NCBI RefSeq assembly: GCF_036321535.1
Contig: NC_087436.1
Coordinates: 105,464,001-105,528,000 of the forward strand
Direction: 5' to 3'
Origin: Camelus dromedarius
Lineage: Eukaryota
DNA: 64,000 nt
A program made the translations under genes and the position numbers. The notes under the pieces were generated by a model that was given only the letters and a program-made list of their open reading frames with translations, had not been told where the DNA came from and did not search any database. Below, one piece after another: positions 1-12,891 of the stretch. Each line of letters starts with the position of its first letter. The stretch's first letter is position 1.

Positions 1-399
1 CACACCCTCAATCTCTATTAACAATTGTCCCCTGTCCTTTAGTCCTTTAATTGGTGTGGGTGGGGTGCAAGTGAACTGCTGGGTGACAGAGAAATTTCAT
101 AGGCTTTTTAGCTCTGTAGCAAGCAGCAGGCAGGCCCCAGAGCAGCAGGGGTGCGCACTGCTGTAGCAGCTTTTCCTGCCTACCTGCCTTCAGGAGGGAA
201 AGGTGGCTGGCTTCAGGAAGCCCAGGGTGCGCGGGGAAGAGGAGCCCGACCCCACAGCCTCACCGCAGAAGACAGGCAAAGCCATCCCTCAACGGCACTC
301 ACTTCTTTTCAAAAATTAATAAAAGCTCCTCAAAATTCTGTACTCTCCAAATACCCAGGACAAAGTCTCCCTTCCTGGTATCAAGCCAGTTCCCCCAAA

Positions 400-1330
400 T
401 TATTTCGAGCCGGTGGAGAGACTGCAGGCATCCGATCCCGTACCGCTTGGCCAGGTCCCTAGGGAGTCCCCGTCCAGGCCAGCCCCTCCCCCAAGGTCAC
501 CCAACTTTTTCCTGTGTCCGCAGCTCCTGGAGAGGGTCCCGGAGGGTCCTAGGGGGCGGCGGCCGGGCGGGTCCCGAGGCCCCGGGGGCCGGCGGGGCGC
601 GGTGGGGGCGGCGCGAGGCCCCCTCCCCCGCGGGGCGCGCATTATTCATTGGCCAGAGCGGGCTGCGGGCGCGGGTGCTGATGTCAGGCGGGCGCGGGTG
701 CGGCGGGCGCAGCGGCGGCGGCCGCCCAGCAGCCCGGGCGCGGGTGGGGGGGCGCCGAGTGGGGGCGGCGGCCAGCATGCTGCTCGGCTGCGGCTCGGCC
801 TCCCACACCCGCGGCGCCCCAGTCCTCGCCAGCAGCGGCGGCGGTGGCGGAGCAGCGAGAGGCGCCCGCGTCTGCAGCGGCGCAGGGTTCGAGCGCGCGG
901 CGCGGCGGCGGCGGTGGGGGTCGCGGCCGGGGCGGGGACCGGGGACCCGGCATGGCGCTGCGGAGGGGCGGCGGCAGCGGCGGCGGTGCTCCGGGGCTGC
1001 TGCTGCTGCTGGGCGCCGCGTGCCTGATCCCGCCGAGCGCGCAGGTGAGGCGGCTGGCGCGCTGCCCTGCCACTTGCAGCTGTACGAAGGAGTCTATCAT
1101 CTGCGTGGGCTCTTCCTGGGTGCCCAGGATCGTGCCGGGCGACATCAGCTCCTTGTGAGTGAGTGGGACCCCGGCAGCTCCCGCCGCGTGCTGCCCCACC
1201 CTGCGCTCGCCGCCGTCTGGGAGTTGCCTCTGGAGCTGGGACGGCGCGACCCTGACCCCTACTTCCCGGGCCCCGTTTCTCTGCGTTTGGGTTGGGGAGT
1301 GCTTTGGGACGTGGGTGGAGTCTCGGGCCC
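400..1330 (+). promoter_or_regulatory. LGI2: CpG island / TATA-less promoter and 5' UTR of LGI2
   Basis: Very high GC and CpG density; multiple GGGCGG boxes; reverse CCAAT (ATTGG 648-652); CRE-like TGATGTCA 679-686; CCAAGGTCA nuclear-receptor site 491-499; overlaps the first coding exon. The TSS cannot be determined from sequence. Confidence 0.9.
952..1154 (+). CDS. LGI2: LGI2 exon 1 coding part: signal peptide + LRR N-terminal cap
   Basis: ggcATGg strong Kozak; MALRRGGGSGGGAPGLLLLLGAACLIPPSAQVRRLARCPATCSCTKESIICVGSSWVPRIVPGDISS(L); donor GTGAGT at 1155; phase 2. Confidence 0.96.
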
Positions 1331-3078
1331 TGGGGAGGATGAGGGGAGCCCGAGACCCGGAGTCTGGGAAGCCAGAACAGTCCCTGTGGCACTGTTTCTC
1401 AAAGTCTGGCCCACGGGCCACCTACATCCAATCCACCTGGAGGAGCTTGTGCCAATGCAGGTTCCGGGGCCCGTGCTGAATGATGCAGGGTCTCTGGACT
1501 GGAGCCTTGGAGCCCGCATGTGGCATCCCCAGATGATTCTGGGGTGCATTAAAGTTTGAAAGGATGTGTACAGAGGGGGAGGTGGTTGTGTAGGGGCATA
1601 TATGTGCAGCTGAGCGTGACTGGAGTAATTGCAGACAGGGGAGGAATAAGGCCTCGCTGTCCCACCTGAGGTCTGGGGCTGTGGTTTATACCACGGCCTC
1701 CTCTAGACCTGTCCACACTGCAGATTGGGGAGAACCTGGGAAAAGGCATGTAGCCTCTGGAAGTGGAGATGCCGCCCCATGTGGCCTGGAAGAGGGAAGC
1801 AGGAGGACTTGGCTGAGCGTTGGGGCATGTGGGGCGTCCAGCCCAAGTGGCCAAGTGCTGGAAATCTGCCTGACTTCTTGCCCTGAGTTCATATGGGCTT
1901 CTCACCCCACTCCCCACCACATGTTATGTTGGCTGTTTACTCAGCGCTGGAGGAATGCACAGGAAAGGGCTTCACATTATTTATGCACCTGCTAAGGGAT
2001 GCTTTCAACCTGGCCTCACACAGCCACTCAAGCCACATGACCAGCTCTCATAATGGCTGTGGAAGGGGCTAGTGCGCTATATCATTACTGCGGGGAAATG
2101 CTTCCTGCTGAAACAATCCCTTGTTCCAGGCCAAGGTGCTGGGGTGATGCCCCTCAGTCATAGAGGCAGGGAATCCCCGGGGAGGAGGGGGAGTTGCTCA
2201 AACTCAGGGCACTTTCTCTTGTGCTGTCTTCCACCCCAGGCAGGGCTCTGGGGCCTAGACCCAGGAGTGAAGGGGATCTTGTTTGCATTTACAGGAATTC
2301 AGGGGAGTCTGGCTGGGCAAGAACAGAGGGACTGTTTGATTCCAAATATTGCTAAGTCGGGTGACATGGAGGATTCCAGAAATGAGAATTCCCCTGGTTA
2401 AATCCTTTAGACCAGCAGCTGTTTAACTGATCTGCATATTAACTGAAATAATGTATTGAGGTCCTACTGTGGCCAGAGAGGATCAGGGACCTGGTGGCTA
2501 AAACAATCAAGCTCCTTGTTCTGATTGAGCATTAAACCTGGCAGCTGGCATTGCCTCCTACCACACATTCAAGTTCAGGTGTTTTTGAGTTTTCTCCCCA
2601 AGGCTTTCATGGTGCATTTAATCAGAAGTGCTCTGAGTGACTTTCAGAGATGTGCTCCCAAGGGAAATGCTTAATCCTACCCTGGAGTTGCGTTGGCCAA
2701 CATTAATGCTGTGTCTACACAAACAGAATCATGGGCAGAGGTGAAGTAATTATCCATCTTCAGCTAGGGCCTCCCGTAGTTAAAGGAAAGGAAGGGAGGG
2801 GATTGATTTAAACTGGCTGAGATCTCATCTATGGAGAGAGCTAGACTGATGGTAAAGGTTTCTGTTATTTAGACCAGTTTTCATACTGATCCAGTTCACT
2901 GAATAATTGCTGGACTCGTCTCATTCTTACCCCTGAGAAGCCCCTGGCAGACTGTTTGAAACCTCATTCCCGAGTGGAGGAGTTTGAAGTACAGGTGAAG
3001 GATAGGGCCACTTGCCCATCCTGCCCGGCACTTCCAGAAAGCGACCTATTCCTCATTTTGTTCCTCTCTTGCCTCTAG

Positions 3079-3150
3079 GAGCCTGGTAAATGGCACGTTC
3101 TCAGAAATCAAAGACCGAATGTTTTCCCACCTGCCTTCCCTGCAGCTGCT
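3079..3150 (+). CDS. LGI2: LGI2 exon 2 (72 nt LRR)
   Basis: ctctag acceptor; SLVNGTFSEIKDRMFSHLPSLQL(L); GTGAGT donor at 3151. Confidence 0.97.
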
Positions 3151-4748
3151 GTGAGTATGAGAAGTTCTCTCTGGAAATGGGGTTCCTGGAGGTACGGTTT
3201 TGGGAAGAGCCATCTCTGCCTCTTTGGTATCAGTCCTTCCTAAGATAGCCAAGCTCCACGAGGGAACTGTGGGTGGCTTTTCCTGTTAACTTGCCCCATC
3301 CTGTCCCCACCAAGCCTGAGTTCCAAGGCTCTTTGCTCAGTATCCTTTCCTTCTTTCAGCACATGTTTCCCTCATGGAGTTTATTGTAGATGCCACTGCC
3401 CATATCCAGCAACTGGAGACTCGACATGGTTACATCAAATCATGACCTGAATTTCACCCAAATAAGCCATTTCCCAAACACTTCACTTTAAAAGAGAACC
3501 TGTATTTTAAACTCTTAATGTTATCATGGAAATAGGAGTATTTCTACGTGACTGAGTATGTAAACTGTTGGGCAGCATACTATGCATTTATGTGCAAAAT
3601 TTTATTTAATCATATCTTCCCTACGAGTAGGGTATTTTTCTTATAGATGAGAAAACAGGCTCAGGGAAGTTAAGTAACTTGCTCAAAATCACAGCCAGAA
3701 CTCTAACCCAGGGCTCAAAGCCCACACTCATAACTGCTCCGCATCCCAGCTACTCTCGCCAAGTGTCCGTGTCATGCCTTGTAGCCCAGGTCAGTTACTG
3801 TTTCTTGATAAAAAACAAAGTCCTTAAAATGTAGTTTTCAAAAGCAAATCAGTGACAGGCAAAGTCATGAGTACTTAGCTCATTCTCTTTATTTGTATCA
3901 GTTTCTTAAATTTAAATGAGATCAAAGTGAAAACAAGCCACGTACTTGGAACATACAGAGAGACACGGAGACGTGGGCTATGTTTGACCACTATTCATCC
4001 TACACCAACTTAATGTTGATATTTTTGTCCTTGAAATGTTACTCATAATGTTATCCTTAGCATTTTAAAATCTGTAATTTCTTAGAAATTATGGTTCTAT
4101 TAAAATATATTTTTCATATGCTAGGAATGGAATTTTAGGTATTTTACCAAATACCATACCTGGTGACTATATAGGTTGTATAAACTTTTACCAAATGGAC
4201 TTAAATGATCTCTTTAAAAAACTGTGTGGTGATAAAGAGTCTTCTCAAGGTTCTTGTTATTATTTCCCATGGGGGTGTGTAATGGAAAGGGGTTTTGTTT
4301 TCTTTGTTTTGGGGTTTTTTAATTTGTCTCAGCTTTGTGACTTTGATCAAGTCACTTAACTTCTCTGAACTCAAATTTCTCTAAAACTAGAGTTGGATTA
4401 GATCCTTTAGATCCCTCATCTCACGATTGCTTGTGCATCGTAGAGCACTCACTGGCTGTCGAGTTTTGCTGAGCATCAGGATGTTTTGAAATAACAACTC
4501 TGAGGTCATATTTGCTAAGACCCACAGGGAAGAAAGAATGGAGTAATGCAGGTGAACAGAAAATCTGGCCAAAGGGAATCGACTTGCCATTGTCCATCAG
4601 TGTCCATGAGTCAGGTTGTGCACCGGATGGGACAGTTTAAGGCTGAGAAGAACCCAAGTTGGCAACAGAAGAAGACAAAAGAAACAGTAGCTTCACTATG
4701 TGACTCAAATTTTATACTTCTGTACTGAATTCTGTCCTTTATTTTCAG

Positions 4749-4820
4749 ATTGCTGAATTCTAACTCATTCACAGTCATCCGGGATGATGCTTTTGCTGGA
4801 CTTTTCCACCTTGAATACCT
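4749..4820 (+). CDS. LGI2: LGI2 exon 3 (72 nt LRR)
   Basis: ttttcag acceptor; LLNSNSFTVIRDDAFAGLFHLEY(L); GTAAGT donor at 4821. Confidence 0.97.
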
Positions 4821-6794
4821 GTAAGTTTGGTGCTTTGCCTATTTGCTGAGCATCTGGTATGTCAATGGAATGGCTATATCACTCTGCAAGTTGGAACAGC
4901 ATCTCTTAGAGAGCTCAGGGGTGGAGAAAATGCAGAAAACCCCATTCTCTTTTCAGTGCTGACCTTTCATGGTTTACTTGTGTATAAACATGCTGGGACA
5001 GGAGGAGGTTGGAGACAAAGGGGGAAAAGGAAACAAAGAAGGAAAGATAGTCATTCATTCTCTGCTGACATTTAATTTGTAATGACGTAGCACAATTGGA
5101 AATTGTATTGGATATTTTTACCTCTCAAAACTAGGCATGGATTTGCTGATCAACCAGAAATAAGGCTGAAGGATTCTGAGGGTTATTTATTTTTAAGAAA
5201 GTCTCCTTATTTAGGGACACAACTTTGTGGTTTTAATTCGGCTGTCCTATATCTCATTTGCAGTATCTCCTATGAGCTGCTGCTGAAGGTCTAATTTTTT
5301 TTCTCCTTTAAAAATAAAGGTTATTTTTCCCTTCTCAGATGTGCAGCTTCCACCGCCCCCAGCAATTAGCTTTGTCCTGGCTCTGATTTCTGCCTCTTCC
5401 CACTTTCTTATAGTCTTCCCCCACCGCGAAGTTCTTCCATCCTTGTCTTTTGTAACTTTGTAATAATATTAATCCTGCTATCAGATGGGATTCCCTTACT
5501 TAGCATTCAGAGGGATTTTTAAAGCCTGCCTCCGCTTTCTTATCTGAGATTAACAGGTAGATGTTTGAATTCTAAACACGTCCTGGGTCTAAGAAAGCTC
5601 TCTGCTGACTTTATGTCCTCAGGAAAGATGTATCTGAAGGAATTCTTTCTCCAGAGGACACATAATACTTGTACTGTCATAACACTGGATAGTATAGGCA
5701 CCCTGGGTAGGGTGGTAGGGCTGAAGGGCTGAGTCTAACTAGGTTCCACCAAAGCGCGTAAACAGCCGACGGACGTGGTGAATGCAGAGCTGCCCATTCC
5801 CTCTTTCGAGCAGTTCACCTTCCTGTCAAAGTTATTGAGGAGAAAGTTCACTTATCAGTTTATACTGAAGTCTGTCGCTGAATAGACCCCCAATTAAAAA
5901 AATAAAACAGGGAGCAGATAATTCTCAGTGTAAGAATCAAGGACTGTTTAACCAGCCTATTACATCCTGTTACAAAGCATCTCCATTCGACTGTCTCATC
6001 CGAGACCCTCTTACATTTGATGAAATGTGATGCCGTAAACTAAAATTCAGTTCTCTGAGGCCCTACAGAAGAGTCATAGTGCACTCACTTCACATATTTC
6101 CCATGCCACATATTTAAAGCACGGCCAGAGTTATTATTGCCAGGTCCTGTGTGCAAGCCCTAAGACACAGAGGAAGAAGTCTGGCCCATGCTCAATTCCT
6201 TATACTTTCTATTTCTTAGTGGCCCGGACATCTTGAGAGCATCTCTGTCTGGTTATCCATTTGTTCAGAGATGACACTGTGTAGAACATGATGAACTCCA
6301 GCTTGCTAGGAACCAAGCTTAATGGAATTCTCCCTGGGCAGAGACTTTAATATGGAGATGTAAAACTATGGGCTCCCCTCGAGGGACTGTGATATGAACA
6401 GAAGTATTAATAGCCAGGCAGTGGGGAACGTAAGAAGCTTGGAGCGGGGAAGATGTCTGGAAGCCTTCCAGTCTTGCGGAATTTGAGAATTTCTCGCTGT
6501 GGTGTAGTGCTTTCTTACTTTTATTTTTCTCTCAAGATGTTTTTACCTGTGCTGCCAACTCTGACTGTGAAGACTTCCATGCTGCTTCTGGAAGGGGTGT
6601 GGAGCGTACACTGTGCACGTGCATCCTCGCACACACACCACTTCCACTTGGAATCGGGTGTAGCGGGACCTAGCCTTCAGAGATGAACTTCTGAAATTCA
6701 TGCATGCTTTTAGATTTTATTCTGAAAGCACCTCGGTATCAGTTTTTTCAGAGATATTAAGCAGAGAAAATTCACGTGTTTCTGTTTTCCCTAG

Positions 6795-6866
6795 GTTCAT
6801 TGAAGGGAACAAAATAGAAACCATTTCCAGAAATGCCTTTCGTGGCCTTCGTGACCTGACTCACCT
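6795..6866 (+). CDS. LGI2: LGI2 exon 4 (72 nt LRR)
   Basis: ttttccctag acceptor; FIEGNKIETISRNAFRGLRDLTH(L); GTAAGT donor at 6867. Confidence 0.97.
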
Positions 6867-8629
6867 GTAAGTCCTATGAAAAGTGTTGTAAGTCCTTTAA
6901 TGTGTAGAGCAGGGGTCACTTCCTGGTGCCTCTCTCGTTCTTGACTGTTTTGTCCATTTGTAACATTCTCTGGGGGAAACTCATTTACAGGTTGCCTAGA
7001 AGATTTCTATATTGTTGATCAGACACCAGCCCATAGTGATTACTCACACACTCGGCTGTATTATCTTTTCCATCCTCCCAAATCACCACATGGCCCTCAT
7101 GACTGCACATGAAGTAAGCTGAGAGGGGCCTCTGTCCAGTGATGGACGAGGTGAGAAGGAAACAAACACAGATCACACACCTACTGTATGCCCGGCCCCG
7201 AGCTGAGTGCTTAGTGAGTCTTCTTTATCTTTCATGCTAATCTGTGAGTCCCCATTTTACAGATATGGGAACTGAGGCTTCATGACTTATTGAAGAATGT
7301 TGAATCAGGATCAAAATTAGGATGAAGTAGAATAGAGACATTTTTGTGGTTCCTCTAATTTGAATGCAAATAGCTTTTTCTTTTATGTTGGATTAATCTT
7401 CGGCTTAAGCTAAGCTCTCTGGGTTCTTTAATAGCTTTCTGGAGAAAAAAATTAAACAAATGGATTTGAATTGACATATCGAATGAAGTAAGCACACACA
7501 CACACTTAGCAAATTTAGAAAACTGGAAAAAGTAGTAGCTGTGTTTATGAAAATGTGACCATAGTCATTGTCTCGGTAGGAGCAATTTATTAGCCAGGAA
7601 CCAAGTTCCATTTGCGTGACGGATATTTTGTGTTTGAGTAGGATAACGTATCTCATCTCCATAGTCAGCTTGTCTGTGGTAAAAGGAAAATTGGGGAAAT
7701 TGGAGAGCTTTGGATGGGAGTATTGGGCGGGGCGGGGGGGTAGAATCTCCAGTGTGTGTAACGTTGACTTATACAGCATCTAAAGAGATAATCATAATCA
7801 TTCACACCAGTCCCTGAGAGAGGCAAAGGTGTCTGTCCACAGGCTCAGCGAGCACTTGATTCTGGAATCCTACCAATGGGAAGTCCTGCCTGAGTTACAG
7901 CTTGTAGAGTAAGGAGATGAGGGAACGGAAGTGGGGGTACAAACCTCTGCATCAGCATGGGGGTCCTGGAGAGCGGCTCACTCTTGTCGGCACTATTCCT
8001 CCAGGTTTTCTTTCCCTCCAGTAAAAGCCTTGATTGCTTTTTACAGATTCAACCTAGATGCCAAATCCCCATCTTCTTGTAAAAGGCTTTGAGTCGCACA
8101 GACTTCGGTTCAAATCTCAAAGCCTCTATTGGTTAATATTATTTAGCCTTTTTTGAGCCTCCCTTTTCTCATCCTTAAAAATGGAGATGGTTATACTGAC
8201 CTCATGAAATTGCTGCACGTAGTGGGTTAATGCTTGTTTGCAACGCATCCAGCCCGCTATCCAGGGTAGATGATCAAGGTCTAGTTGGCATTGTTGTCAT
8301 TGCAGTTGTTCACAACAGCAGCGTCACTCCCTCCCTCCCTCCTGCAGACGTCTCAGTTTTCTCTAAGGGCTGCCGCATAGCCTTGGCAGTTTGGGTGGCT
8401 AGACAGGGTGTGCTAGGAAGACAGCTGCGGGTGTCTGGAGAGGAGCAGCTGTGGCCAGACAAATCCGGCTCCCAGAAGTCAGGAATGAGGGGCTTTGTTT
8501 TTGAGCAAAGGCTCTGGGCAGATTATGAACCTAAAGCAAAGCTCCTGTGACTGGCTGAGTTTACCCAGATATCTGCTTTCATTTGACCGCTCGGCTGTGG
8601 GTCCCTGGTCTGAGAACAGGTGTGAACAT

Positions 8630-8800
8630 GCAGGTGCTGTGCATGTCTGTTTGCATATCTTTGTACACGTGGGCCCTTGGGTGCATGGACTTCTCTACAT
8701 GTGTGTGCGTAATGCTTTGTGTGTGCATGTTTGTGTATTTGCACATACAACCACATGCTGTGTATTACCCATATGTGTGCTTAAGTGTAAGAGGTACCTC
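8630..8800. repeat. Degenerate (TG)n-rich tract in intron 4
   Basis: Interrupted gtgtgcatgt arrays. Confidence 0.75.
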
Positions 8801-11119
8801 CTTGTCTGTGTGACACTCAGGGGGCACAGAGGGAACAACGGAGTCCTCTGCTTGGGCCCAGAGCACATCTGACACGTTAGAGGCAATCTAGGTCTGTCCA
8901 GCTTGCATTACCATCCCATAGTCAAGCCTACGGGGCCCTCTCTCTCCAGCTCTCCAGCCTCATTTCCCTGCATGTCCTCACAACACTGGGCTCGCAGTGG
9001 GCCCCGAGCTCACCCACTTCATCCTGTTTCCGGTCCTTTCCCTTGCCCGGGATACGGTTTCGTCTCCCCACAATCTCCTGGAATCTGCCTTTTCCTTCAT
9101 AGTCCAGATTAAATTCTATCTTCTCCCTGGAGACACTCCTGATCTCCCCTCCGTCCGTCTAGCAGCCTTCCCAGTTGACTCCACACAACCTTTGCTGCAG
9201 ACCCTGGCCATATTGGCTGGGGTTTCACGGATGTTAGTTTTATCTCCCCAGCTGTGTTGAAAGCCCCCGAGGGCAGGGCCCATGTGGATCTTCCATTAGG
9301 TCTGCCCTTACCCCATCATCTCGCTCAGGGCTAAGCCGGCACGACATTCTTTCTGATTCATTGGCTGTCTGGTGGGGTTCATAAACTGGATTTCCCACAT
9401 ATACTCTTCTTCAGGGCAAGTCTTGAGACTTTTAAAGTTGACTCCTCTAGGACGGAGATGTACGGAGTAATGAAAGCATTTAATACACTGTTTAAAGAGT
9501 GAATTGATCCTCCCACCCCACCCCATCCCCCCTTCTGTAAATTTCTAAGCAAAGAGAACACATCACCTCTCAAAGTTCATGCCTTTGCTCAAAGGAGTCG
9601 CTGTCTGGAATTTGCTTGTTTAAGTATCTGATTTTTGTCTCTTTATGAACTTTTCCAACACCTACAGACTTGCATTCATATGTAAAGAAACATAGATCAG
9701 GTTTCAGAGCTCTGAAGGAGCAGTGCCAATCTGTAACTAAAATCTAGGGCATTTGTTTTCCAGCAGTCTCGTGAAGCCCAAGGGACAGGTTGCTGTTAAG
9801 TAGTTTTCGAAGTAAGTGCCGTGAATTTGTAGACAAAAATGAAGTGGAAAGTGAGATGTTATGCATTGAGTGTGAGGGCGGTGGATAGTCCATCTAAATA
9901 ATTCAGCTTTCTGAAATCCAAATGGAACACTTGGAACAGTTGCTACATATTCTGCTTTTTTTGGCCTTGACCATTCCGTGTATGCTTATCATTTCAATAG
10001 AATAGATTAAAATTCACTAAAAAGTATTAGCTAAACTGTTAACCTTTAATTAGCTAAAAATTATACTTTACTTTCCAGAACGAGTAACCATCAACCAGAA
10101 AAAAAAATCAAAACAAACATCTCCTTTTTAAATTTCAAAAAGCTACTTCTAGAGAATGTTCAATTGGATTACAATCTGTAATCTATACTCTCAGTCTGTA
10201 GTTATGATTTCAATCTATAGTCTGTTCAGCCTGTTTTCCAACATCTTTAAAAATGGACCAATTTAGGAAAGAAAGATAAAAATAATACATAAAATTATAT
10301 TTTAATCCATTTGTGGTTACCTGGATGAGAAGGGATTTAATTCAGAAACTATAGTTCCTCCTCATATTCTGTTGGTATCATGCAGCAAGAATGTTTGGAT
10401 TAAAAATGGGCACAAAGCTTTCTCCCCTAGCTGACTCTACGGAGGAACTCCCCTTCATTCCTGCTTCTGGGATGGGTAATTATAATGCTACAAAAGAGTA
10501 ATTTCAAATGTATTTTTAAAGAGGTTGGTGGTGAATTGTCTACATGCTGATTATCATTTATAGGTTTTGTTGTTTGTACTCAAATGTGTAAAAAACAAAA
10601 GTCAGCATCAGGTTTTTGGCCGACTCACCTCAGGGCATGGCACGCAGGGGAAATCAGATTTGATGTACGGGGTTTCAATGCCTACCCTCTTTCTGCGTCA
10701 ACAGCCCAGCACGGTGGAAATCCATCTTCAGCAGGATGATGACAGGGCACTGCATGATCCTGAATCATCAGAGAAAGACTTGATGATGTCTGTTCAAGTC
10801 TACTTCCTGGAGATGGGGAGTAGATTAGGATATTTTAGACAAATCTTTAACACCAAGAGCAAAAATGCAAAATGGTTTCTGGTCAACCTTCATTAATGAG
10901 AAAATGAAATTGGTCACAATCAATCATTCCCTAAACATGGTTGTTCACTGAGATTATATATTATCATTAGGGTTAGAGCTGAGATTCTTTATGAAAGAGT
11001 ATTCACTGAGTCCTTTTTTATACTCCTAAGTAATAAAATTCACTTAGATGGACCATTAGGGAACTTCTTCGGACGAGACTATACATCCGCCTTTTATCAT
11101 CCTCATTTTAGTGCTTAAA

Positions 11120-11620
11120 TCATTCATTCAGAAAGACTGACTGAGTACCCACTATGTGCCAAGCACTGCTCTAGACGCAAGGCATACAGATGTGGACAGA
11201 CAAAAATCTCTGTCCTCATGTTGCTTACAAATCGGGAGAATACACAGCCAGTAAACAAATAGGTCGTGAGTGTATACTGTATGCTTAGTGACAGTGGTAC
11301 AATGAGGAGCAACAGAGTAAGGAAGGGAGTTGTGTAGAGGTGAGGGAAGGTGGTGACAGTTGAGGGCAGGTCTAAAGGAGGTGATGGATGAACCACGGGG
11401 ATATCTAGAATGCAAGAGCGTTTAGGCAGATGAACACCAAGTTCAGAGACCTTGAGCTGGGAGTGTGCCTAGCCTTTCAGTGGAACAGCAGAGGAACCCA
11501 TGGGGCACTCTGAGCAGTCAGAGATTCCGTCCCACAGTGGCGATGGAGGTAACTAAACAATGGAGGTCTTGGGTGCCATCAAAGGGATTTTGACTTTTAT
11601 TCCGAGAAAGGTGAGATGCC
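11120..11620 (-). mobile_element. L2 LINE 3' fragment
   Basis: cattcattca...tgagtacccactatgtgccaagcactgctctag, typical of an inverted L2 3' end. Confidence 0.7.
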
Positions 11621-11894
11621 ATCTGAGGTTTAATAAATGTATATCAAGCACTTAATAAATGCTTATTTTAAAAAACAGAACAAAAACATACATTGTGCAC
11701 TCCAGCATCTATCATGTTATTTTTGTATAACTCAGTTCATTTATCTCAGCATCGATGACCAAAACCATAAATTGAAATTCCTTGTGCTGAAGAAGTTGAG
11801 AGTTCTGTTTTAAATCACTTAATTTATTTAAGGGACTTCAGAGTGACAGGGCATGAAGATAATAACCGCATTAAAATGTGACTTCTTGTTCTAG

Positions 11895-11966
11895 TTCTTT
11901 GGCCAATAACCACATAAAAGCACTCCCGAGGGATGTCTTCAGTGATTTAGACTCTCTGATTGAACT
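11895..11966 (+). CDS. LGI2: LGI2 exon 5 (72 nt LRR)
   Basis: cttgttctag acceptor; SLANNHIKALPRDVFSDLDSLIE(L); GTAAGT donor at 11967. Confidence 0.97.
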
Positions 11967-12674
11967 GTAAGTAATGAAAATTAAGTTTATGTGTCCTTGT
12001 CTTTACATCCCTTCTCCTCCTATACTGTGTTTTTCTTTAACATTGCAGCTAAAAATCTATGACAACATAGAAAATACTGGGAAACAGCATATAGTTTGTA
12101 CTATGTTCGATTTTGCCGTTTTGGAACATACTTAGTAGCATCAGGCCAGTGGTAATTCGGCACGCTTGAGGGGGAGGTCTCCTTTCTCCCAGAGACCCAC
12201 AGCGTATCCAGTTGTTTTACCTTTCAGCGTTTGTCATTTCTTCCTGGGCAAAGTTTAACAAGATCTTAACATTTCAGTTGTGTTCTTTGTCAAAGCTCTC
12301 TTCCTGTAATGTCCTGTTTTTACTTGTGAGAACCTGTGCTGGGGGGGAGGGGTGCCACCTTCTGCCGCCCCTCCCCCATTTCCAGCACAGCATGCTGACA
12401 ATTTCAAGAGGATCTGGAGAAATGCTGCTATGTCAACACCAAGCACTCTCTGTGTGCTATACGGTTAAAATTGTGGTCACTGAAAAGCGTTAGGTAAAGT
12501 CAGTGATAAGTGCAAGACGTCAAATGCATTAAATACAATTTTTAAAAAATTCCATTTTTGGGCATTATTAAATATGTCAGGATGTTAAGAATTCTGGAGT
12601 TTCATGTTACTGTCAAAATGTTTCTGACATGTCTTTTTTTCTGTGTATGTGTTTGTTTTGTTTTATTTTCTTAG

Positions 12675-12844
12675 AGATTTAAGGGGCAATAAGTTCGAAT
12701 GTGACTGCAAAGCCAAGTGGTTGTATCTGTGGTTGAAGATGACAAATTCCACCGTGTCTGATGTCCTGTGTATCGGTCCACCGGAATATCAGGAAAAGAA
12801 GCTGAATGACGTGACCAGCTTCGACTATGAATGCACAACTACAG
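12675..12844 (+). CDS. LGI2: LGI2 exon 6 (170 nt, LRR C-terminal cap)
   Basis: ttttcttag acceptor; DLRGNKFECDCKAKWLYLWLKMTNSTVSDVLCIGPPEYQEKKLNDVTSFDYECTTT; donor CAG/GTATTC; Cys pattern of LRRCT. Confidence 0.97.
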
Positions 12845-12891
12845 GTATTCAGAACCTCTAGCATTGAAGTCTGATATTTAGAATAATCCCA

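Noticed and set aside
844..951. In-frame GTG-initiated N-terminal extension of LGI2
   Set aside because: Non-ATG start and a low-complexity product; it would displace the signal peptide, and ATG952 has a strong Kozak context.
151..1559. Many long overlapping ORFs on both strands (e.g. 413-1027, 646-1392, 684-1421)
   Set aside because: Low-complexity Arg/Gly/Ala/Pro translations caused by stop-codon scarcity in the CpG island. Only the LGI2 frame has protein features; the ATG777 frame is kept solely as a uORF candidate.
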